Shown here: one piece after another, positions 54,331 through 64,000 of the stretch
Layout: every line of letters begins with the position of its first letter
Numbering within the stretch: position 1 is the stretch's first letter
Source of the DNA: the human T2T-CHM13v2.0 reference genome, Homo sapiens
DNA length: 64,000 bases
Assembly (NCBI RefSeq): GCF_009914755.1
Contig: NC_060925.1
Reading direction: 5' to 3' (one strand)
Program-made: the position numbers and the translations under genes
The notes under the pieces: model-generated
What the model saw: only the letters and a program-made list of their open reading frames with translations
What the model was told of the DNA's origin: nothing
The model's database searches: none

Positions 54331-57300
54331 GAACCCGAGTGAAATGGAATGGAATGGAATGGAATGGAATGGAATGGAATGGAATAGAATGTAATGGAAT
54401 CAACTCGAGTGGAAAGGAATGGAATGAAAAGGAATGGAATGGAAAGGAAAGGAATGGAATGCAATAGAATCCAATGGTATGGAATGGAGTCAACCGGAGT
54501 GGAATGGAATGGAATGGAATGGAATGGAATGAAATGGAATGGAATGGAGTGCAATGGAATGGAGTGGAATGGAATAAACAGCAGTGGAATTGAATGGAAT
54601 GTAAGGGAATGGAATGGACAGGAATGGAATGGAATGGAATAGAATGGAATGGAATGGAATTGAATGGATTGGAATGGAATGGAATGGAATGGAATCAACC
54701 CGAGTAGAATGCAATGGAATGGAATGGAAAGAAATGGAATGGAATCAACCCGAGTGGAATGGAATGGAATGGAATGGAATGGAAAAGAATGGAATGGAAT
54801 CAACTCGAGTGGAAAGGAATGGAATGGAAAGGAAAGGAATGGAACGCAATGGAATGCAATGGTATGGAATGGAGTCAACACGAGTGGAATGGAATGGAAT
54901 GGAATGGATTGAAATGGAATGGAATGGAATGCAATGGAATGGAGTGGAATGGAATAAACACCAGTGGAATGGAATGGAATGGAATGGAATGGAATGGAAT
55001 GGAATGGAATAGACAGGAATGAAATGGAATGGAATGGAATGGAATGGAATGGAATGGAATGGAATGAAATCAACCCGATTGGAATGGAATGGAATGGAAT
55101 GCAATGGAATGGAGTGGAATGGAAAAAACACCAGTGGAATGGAATGGAATGGAATGGAATGGAATGGAATGGAATGGACAGGAATGAAATGGAATGGAAT
55201 GGAATGGAATGGAATGGAATGGACTAGGATGGAATGGAATGGAATGAAATCAACCCGATTGGAATGGAATAGAAAGCAATGTAATGGAATGGAATCAACT
55301 GGAAAGGAATGAAATGGAATGGTATGGAATGGAATGGAATGGAATCAACCCGAGTGGAATGCAATGGAATGGAATGGAAAGAAAACAACCCAACTGGAAT
55401 GGATTAGAATAGAGTGGAATGGAATGGAGCAGCATGGAATGCAATGGAATCAACTAGAAAGGAATGGAATGGGATGGAATGGACAGGAATTGAATGGAAT
55501 GGAATGGATGGAATGGACTAGAATGGAATGCAATGGAATGAAATCAACACGATTGGAATGGAATGGCATGCAATGTAATGGAATGGAATCAACTGGAAAA
55601 GAATGAAATGGAACGGAATGGGATGGAATGGAATGGAATGGAATGGATTGGAATGGAATGGAATGGAATCAACCCGAGTGGAATACAATGGTATGGAATG
55701 GAATGGAACGGAATGGAATTTCATGGAATGGAATGGAATGGAATGGAATCAACCCGAGTGGAGTGGAATGGAATGGAGTGGAAAAGAATGGAATAGAATG
55801 GAATGGAATGGAACGGAACGGAATGGAATGAACCCGAGTGGAATGGAATGGAATGGAATAGAATGGAAAGGAATGGATTGGAATGGAATGGAATGGAATC
55901 AACCCGAGTGGAATGCAATGGAATGGAATGGAATCAACCCGAGTGGAATGGATTGGAATGGAGTGGAATGGAATGGAACGGCATGGAATGCAATGGAATC
56001 AACTAGAATGGAATGGAATGGAATGGAATGGATTGGAATGGAATCGATCGGAATCAAACTTAGTGGAAAGGAATGGAATGGAATGGAATGAATGGAATGG
56101 AATGGAATGAATGGAATGGAATGGAATGGAAACTAATGGAATGGAATGGAAAGTAAGCAACCTGAGTGGAATGGAATGCAATGGAATGCAATGTTATGGA
56201 AAGGAATGGAATGGAATTCAATGTAATGGAAACAAACCGAGTGGAATGTAATGGAATAGAAGGGACTGGAATGTAAGGGAATGTATTGGAATCAACCCGA
56301 TTCCAATGCAACAGCATGGAATGGAATGGAATGGAATGGAATGGAATGGAAGGGAACGGAATGGAATGGAAGGGAATGGAAGCAACAAGAAGTGGCATGG
56401 AATGCAATGGATTGGAATGTAATCGAATCAACTGGAATGCTACGGAATGAAATCAAGCCTAGTGGAACGGAATGGAATGGAATGGAATGGAATGGAATGG
56501 AATGGAATGGAAGGGATACAGCTGGAATGGAAAGAAATGGAATGCAATGGAGTGGAATGGAATGGAATGGAATGGAATGGAATCAACCCGAGTGGAATGG
56601 AATGGAATGGAACGGAATGGAATCAACCCGAGGGAAATGAAATAAAATGGAAAGGAATGGAATGGACACAACCCGAGTGGAACGGAATGGAATGGGATGG
56701 AATTGAAAGGAATGGAATGGAACGGAATGGAATGGAATGGAATGGACTAGAGTGGAATGGAATTAAATGAAATCAAACCGATTGGAATGGAAAGGAATGG
56801 AATCAACTGGAAAGGAATCAAATGGAATGGAATGGAATGGAAGGGAATGGAACGGAATCAACCCGACTGGAATGGAATGGTATGGAATGGAATGAAATGG
56901 AATGGAATGGAATCAACCTGAATGGAATGGATTGGAATGGAGTGGAATGGAATGGAACGGCATGGAATGCAATGGAATCAACTAGAATGGAATTGAATTG
57001 AATGGATTGGAATGGAATCGAACGGAATCAACCTGAGTGGAATGGAAAGGAATGGAATGGAATGAATGGAATGGAAGGGAATGGAAACTAATGGAATGGA
57101 ATGGAAAGGAAACAAACCGAGTGGAATGGAATGAAATGAAATGCAATGGAATGACATGGAATGGAATTCAATGTAATGGAAACAAACCGAGTGGAATGGA
57201 ATGGAATGGAAAGGTCTGGGATGTAATGGAATGGATTGGAATCAACACGATTCCAATGCAACGGAATGGAAAGGAATGGAATGGAATGGAAGGGAATGGA

Positions 57301-59099
57301 ATGCAATGGAAAGGAATGGAATGAAATGGAATGGAATGGAATGGAATGGAATGGAATTTAATGGAATGGAATGGAATGGAATCAACTCGAGTGGAGTCGA
57401 ATGGAATTGAAAGAAAATTAATAGAATGGAATGGAATGGAATGGAATGGAATGCAAAGGAATGGAATAGAAAGAACCCGAGTGGAATGGAATTGAATAGA
57501 AAGGCACGGAATGGAATGGAATGGAAAGCAATGGAATCAACCTGAGTGGAATGGAATGGAATGGAATCAACCCGAGTGGAAATGAATAGAGTGGAATGCA
57601 ATGGAATGGAATGGAGTGGAAGGCATTAGAATCAACTGCATTGGAATGGAATGGAATGGAATGGAACGGAATGGCATGGAATGCAATCAACCCCAGTGGA
57701 ATGGACTGCATTACAATGGAATGGAAAGAAATAAATCCGGGTGGAATGGAATGGAATGGAATGGATTATAATGGAATGGAATGGAATCAATCCGGGTGGA
57801 ATGGAATGGAATGGAATGGAATGGAATGGAATGGAATGGAACGGAATGTAATGGAATCAACCCGAATGGAACGGAAGGGAATGGAGTGGAAAATAATCGA
57901 AAGGAATGGAATGCAAAGGAATCAACCCGAATGGAAAGGAATGGAATGGAATGGAATGGAATGGAATGGAATGGAATGGAATGGAATGCTACGGAATCAA
58001 CCTGAGTGGAATGGAAATAAATGGACTGGAATGGTATGGAATGGAATGGAATAGAATGGAATCAACCACAGTGGAATGGAATGGAAAGGAATGGAATCAA
58101 CCAAAGTGGAATGTAATTGAATGGAATGCAAAGGAAACAAACCTAGGGGAATGAAATGGAATCAACCAAAGTGGAATGGAATGGAATGGATGCAACGGAA
58201 TCAAACCAGTGGAATGGAATGGAAAAAAATGGAATGGAATGGCATGGAATGGAAAGGAATGGAATTGAATCAACATGACTGGCATGGAATGGAATGGAAA
58301 GGAATGGAATGGAATGGAATGGAATGGAATGGTATGGAATCAGCCCGAGTGGAAAGGAATGGAACGGAATGGAATGAAATGGAATGGAATGGAATGGAAC
58401 GGAATCAGCCCGACAGGAATGGAATTGAATGAAATGGAATGGAATGGAATCAATGAGAGTGGTACGGAATGGAATGGAATGGATTGGAATGGAATGGAAG
58501 GCAGTCGAAACAGCAGGAAAGGAATTTGATGAAATGGAATGGAAGGAATGGAACGGAATCAACCTGAGTGGAATGGAATGGAATGGACTGCAATGGAATG
58601 GAATGGAATGGAATGGAATCAACCCTAGTGGAATGGAATGGAATGGAATGGAACGGAATGGAATGCAATGGAATCAACTGGAATGGAATGGAATGGAATG
58701 GAATGGAATGGAATGGAATGGAACGGAATGGAATCGACCTGAGTGGAATGGAATGGAATGGAATTAAATGGAATGGAATGGATAATAATGGAATGGAATG
58801 GAAACAACACGAATGGAATGGAATGCAATGGAATGGAATGGAATGGAATGGAATGGAATGGAATGGAATTCAACGGAATGGAAACAACCCGAGTGAAATG
58901 GCATGGAATGGAAAGGACTTGAATGTAATGGAAAGGATTGGAATCAACCCGATTAGAAAGCAATTGCCCAGAACGGAATGGAATGGAATGGAATGGAATG
59001 GAATGGAATGGAATGGAATGGAAGGGAATGGAATGGAATGGAATCAACTGGAATGGAATGGAAGGGAATGGAAGCAACAAGAAGTGGCATGGAATGGAA

Positions 59100-59370
59100 T
59101 GGATTGGAATGGAATCGAATCAACTGGAATGCTATGGAATGAAATCAAGCCGAGTGGAACGGAATGGAATGGAATGGAATGGAATGGAATGGAACCAACT
59201 GGAAAGGAATGAAATGGAATGGAATGGAGTGGAATGGATTGGAATTGAATCGAATCAACTGGAATGCTATGGAATGAAATCAAGCCGAGTGGAACGGAAT
59301 GGAATGGAATGGAATGGAATGGAATGAACCAACTGGAAAGGAATGAAATGGAATGGAATGGAGTGGAATG
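59100..59370 (-). repeat. 135-bp local duplication in HSat3
   Basis: caactggaatgctatggaatgaaatcaagccgagtggaacgg occurs at 59121 and 59256. Confidence 0.8.
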
Positions 59371-62300
59371 GAATGGAATGGAATGGAATGGAATCAACCC
59401 GAGTGGAATGGAATGGAATGGAACGGAATGGAATCAACCCGAGTGGAGTGGAATAAAATGGAATGGAATGGAATGGACTCAACCCGAGTGGAACGGAATA
59501 GAATGGGATGGAATGGAATTGAATGGAATGGAATTGAATTAACCCGAGTGCAATGAAGGGAAAGCAATGTAATGGAATGGAATGGAATGGAGCGGAATGG
59601 AATTGAATGGAATCAACAAGATTGTAATGGAATGAATGCAATGGAATGGAATATAATGTAATGGAACGGAATGCAATAGAATCAACCAGAGTGGAAGGGA
59701 ATGGAATTGAATGGAATGGAATGGATTGGAATCCACCCATGTGGAATGGAATGAAATGGAATGGAATGGAATGGAGTAGAACGGAAAGGAATGGAATGGA
59801 ATGGAATGGAATGGAATGGAATGGAATGCAATTTAATTAAATGGAATTGAATCAACCAGAGTGGAATGGACTGGAATGGATTGGAATGGAAAGGAATGGA
59901 GTGGAATCACCCTGAGTGAAATGGAATGGAATGGGATGCAATGGAGGGGAATGGAAAGGACTAGAATCAACCCGAGTGGAATGGAATGGAATGGAATGGA
60001 ATGGATTCAACACGAGTGGAATGGAATGGAATGGAATGGAATGGAATGGAATGGAATGGAATCAACCCAAGTGTAATGGACTGGAATGGAAAGGAATACA
60101 ATGGAATGGAATGGAATAGAATGGAATCAGCTGCAGTGGAATGGAATGGAATGGGATGGAATGGAATGGACAGGAGTGGAACGGAATGTAATATAATGGA
60201 GTGGAATCAACACGAGTGGAATGGAATGGAATCAAATTGAATGGAATGGAAGGAAAGGAATGCAATGGAATGAAATCAACCTCAGTGGAAAATAAAGGAA
60301 TGAAATGGAATGGAATGGAATGGAATGGAATGGAATGGAGTGGAATGGAATGGGTTGGAATGGGATGGAATCAACTCGAGTGGAACGGATTGGAATGGAG
60401 TGGAATGAAATTGAATGGCAAGGAATGATACGGAATCAACTAGAATGGAATGGAATGGGATGGATTGGAATGGAATCGAACGGAATCAACCTGAGTGGAA
60501 TGGAATGGAATGAATGGAAACGAATGGAATGGAAACTAATGGAATGGAATGGAAAGGAAACAACCTGAGTGGAACGGAATGAAATGCAATGCAATGGAAT
60601 GGAATTGAATTTAATGTAATGGAAACAAACCGAGGGGAATGTAATGTAATGGAAAGTACTGGAATGTAATGGAATGGATTGGATTCAACCCGATTCCAAT
60701 GCAATGGAATGGAATGGAATGGAATGGAATGGAAGGGAATGGAATGGAATGGAAAGGAATGGAATGAACTGGAATGGAATGGAATGGAATTTAATGGAAT
60801 GAACTGGAATGTAATCGAATGGAATTTATTGGAATGGAATGGAATGGAATCAACCCGAGTGGAGTGGAATGGAATCTAATGGAAATGAATGGAATGGAAT
60901 GGAATGGAATCGAATGGAAACTAATGGAATGGAATGCAAACAACCCGAGTGGAAAGGAATGCAATGGAATGGAATGGAATGGAATGGAATGGAATGGAAT
61001 GGAATGGAATTCAACGGAATGGAAACACCCCGAGAGAAATGGCATGGAATGTAAAGGACTTGAATGTAATGGAATGGATTGGAATCAACCCGATTAGAAA
61101 GCAATGGAATGGAATGGAATGGAATGGAATGGAAGGGAATGGAATGGAATGGAATGGAAAGGAAAGGAATGGAATGGAATGGAAGGGATTGGAATGGAAT
61201 GGAATGGATTAAAATGGAATGGAATGGAATGAAATCAACCCGATTGGAATGGAATGGAATGCAATGTAACTGAATGAAATAAACTGGAAAGGAATGAAAT
61301 GGAATGGAATGGAATGGAACGGAATCAACCCGAGTGGAATGCAATGGAAAGGAATGGAATGGAATGAAATGAAACCAACCCAAGTGGAATGGATTGGAAT
61401 GGAGTGGAATGGAATGGAATGGCATGGAATGCAATGAAATCAACTGGAATGGAATGGAATGGAATGAAATGCAATGGAATCAAACGGAATCAAATTGAGT
61501 GGAATGCAAAGGAATGGAATGGAATGAATTGAATGGAAACTAATGGAATGGAATGGAAAGGAAACAACCCGAGTGGAATAGAAAGCAATGGAATGCAATG
61601 GAATGGAATGGAATGGAATGGAATTTGATATAATGGAAAAAAACCCAACTGGAATGGAATGGAATGGAAAGGACTGCAATGTAATGGAATGGATCGGAAT
61701 CAACCCGATTCCAATGCAACGGAATTGAATGGAATGGAAAAGAATGGAATGAAATGGCATTGAATGGAATGGAATGGAAATGAATGTAATGGAATGGAAT
61801 GGAATGCAATGGAATGGAACAGAACGGAATGAACCCGAATGGAATGGAATGGAATGGAATGGAATGGAATGGAAAGGTATCGAAATAGAATGGAATGGAA
61901 TGGAATGGAATGGAATGAACACGAGTGGAATGGAATGGAAGGGAATGGATTGGAATGGAATGGAATGGAATCAACCCGAGTGGAATAGAATGGAATGGAA
62001 TGGAGTGGAATGGAATGGAATGGCACGGAATGGAATGGAATGGAATGGAATAGAATGGAACGGAACGGAACGGAATGGAATGGAATGGAATGGAATGGAA
62101 TGGAATGGTATCAACCTGAATGAAATGGAATGGAATGCAATGGAATCAATCCGAGTGGAATGCAACGGAATGGAATGGAATGGAATGGAATGGAATGGAA
62201 TGGAAAGAAATCAACCCGAGTGGAATGGATAGGAATAGAGAGGAATTGATTGGAACGGCATGGAATGCAATGGAATCAACTAGAATGGAATGTAATGTAA

Positions 62301-64000
62301 TGGAATGGAATGGAATGGAATAGAATCAACCCGAGTGAAATGGAACGGAAGGGAATGGAATGGAAAGGAATGGAAAGCAATGGATTGTAATCAACCAAAT
62401 GGAATGGAATGGAATGGAATGGAATGAAATAGAATGGAATCAATTCGAGCACAATGTAATGGTATAGAATGGAATGGAATGGAATGGAATGGAATCAACC
62501 AGAGTGCAATGGAATGGAAAGAAATTGAAATGAATCGAATGGAATGCAATGGAATGGAATGGAACAGCATGGAATGGAATGGAATGGAGTGGAATCAACC
62601 CGAGTGGAATGGAATGGAATGGAATCTAACGGCATGGAATGGAATGGAATGGAATGAAATCAACCCGAGTGGAATGGAATGGAATGGAATGGACTGGAAT
62701 GCAATGGAATGGAATGGAATCAACCCGAGTGGAATGGAATGGAATGGAATGGAGTGGAAAGGATTACAATGGAATGGAATGGAATGGAATGGAATGGAAT
62801 GGAATGGAATGGAATGGAATGGAATCAACAAGAGTGGAATGCAATGGAATGGAATGGACTGGAATAAACACGAGTGGAATGGAATGGAATGGAATGGAAT
62901 GGAATAGAATGGAATGGAATCAACTCGAGTGGAAAAGAATGGAATGGAAAGCAATGGAATGGAAAGTAAAGTAAAGGAATGCACTGGAATGCAATGGTAT
63001 CGAATGGAGTCAACCAGAGTGGAATGGAAAGGAATGAAATGGAATGGAATGGAATGCAATGGAATGGAGTGGAATGGAATAAACACCAGTGGAATGGAAT
63101 GGAATGGAATGCAATGGAATGGAATGGAATGGACAGGATTGGAATGGAATGGAATGGAAAAGAATGCTATAGAATGGAATGGAATCAACTAGAAAGGAAT
63201 GAAATGGAATGGAATGGAATGGAATCAACAAGAGTGGAATGCAATGGAATGGAATGGAATGGAATGGAATAAAATCAACCCGAGTGGAATGCATAGGAAT
63301 AGAGTGGAATGGAAAGGAACGGCATGGAATGCAATGGAATCAACTAGAATGGAATGGAATGGAATGGACAGGAATGGAATGGAATGGAATGGAATGGAAT
63401 GGAGTGGAATAGACTAGAATGGAATGGAATTGTATGAAATCAACCCGAATGGAATGGAATGGAATGTGATGGAATTGAATGGAAACAACTGGAAAGGAAT
63501 CAAATGGAATGGAAAGAATTGAATGGAATGGAATGGAATGGAATGGAATGGAATGGAATGGAATGGAATGCAATGGAATGGAATCAAACCGAGTGGAATG
63601 CAATGGAATGGAATGGAATGGAATGGAATGGAATGGAATGGAATGGAATGGAATGGAATGGAATGCAATGGATTGGAATGGAATCCACCCGATTGGAATG
63701 CAATGGAATGGAATGGAATGGAATGGAATGGAATGGAATGGAATGAAATCAACCCGAGTGGAATGGATGGGAATAGAGTGGAATGGAATGGAACGCCATG
63801 GAATGCAATGGAATCAACTAGAAAGGAATGGAATGGAATGGAATGGAATGGACAGTAATGGAATGGAACGGAATAAAATGGAATGGAGTGGAATGGACTA
63901 GAATGGAAAGGAATGGAATGAAATAAACCCGATTCGAATGGATTGGAATGCAATGGAATGGAATGGAATCAACTCGAAAGGAATCAAATGGAACGGAATG

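Larger units (their letters stand above)
28107..64000 (-). repeat. Human Satellite 3 (HSat3/SatIII) array, (GGAAT)n with CAACCCGAGT-type decamers, CATTC strand on -
   Basis: Long runs of GGAAT with variants GCAAT, GGAAA, GGAGT, GAAAT, GTAAT, GGATT, interrupted by CAACCCGAGT and relatives. This is the classical satellite III signature. Assignment to the HSat3B group is an inference from the decamer. Confidence 0.97.

Noticed and set aside
28052-63953. MEWNG-repeat (+) and IPFHS-repeat (-) ORFs up to 317 aa
   Set aside because: (GGAAT)n has no stop codon in any frame, so long overlapping ORFs on both strands are expected by chance. There is no evidence they are genes.
28107-64000. CRISPR-like pattern of a conserved CAACCCGAGT word separated by variable-length spacers
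   Set aside because: The spacers are GGAAT pentamers rather than unique sequence, the spacing is irregular and there are no cas genes. This is the classical satellite III structure.
1-64000. Alpha satellite, CENP-B boxes, telomeric TTAGGG arrays, Alu/L1/HERV insertions
   Set aside because: No 171-bp monomer, poly-A tail, target-site duplication or non-satellite stretch longer than a few tens of bases was seen. The CGGG sites I checked lack the TTCG at CENP-B-box spacing.

Overview
The whole 64-kb window is human-type pericentromeric classical satellite DNA. I see no protein-coding gene, RNA gene, transposon or CRISPR array, and every ORF in the track is a translation of pentamer-derived repeats. 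Bases 1-28108 are Human Satellite 2 (HSat2/HSATII; CATTCGATTC/GATGAT units of 23 and 26 bp, C-rich strand on +) built on a 1776-bp monomer. In 1-17237 four edited monomers (2175+1730+2712+1753 bp) form an 8370-bp higher-order repeat, present as two apparently identical copies plus a partial third. From 17238 the array decays stepwise into older, more divergent monomers. At 28104-28111 it joins, with no spacer and through the palindrome TCCATGGA, a Human Satellite 3 array in the opposite orientation ((GGAAT)n with CAACCCGAGT-type decamers, G-rich strand on +, 28107-64000). The HSat3 block holds nested local duplications (about 135, 155, 340, 525, 1900-2040 and 2600-2850 bp) and a young four-copy 1917-1942-bp tandem array at about 46.6-54.3 kb. 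I cannot support a novel coding system here. The interesting signal is the satellite architecture: an inverted HSat2/HSat3 junction, a reconstructable higher-order repeat history, and repeated convergence on a 1776-bp monomer length.
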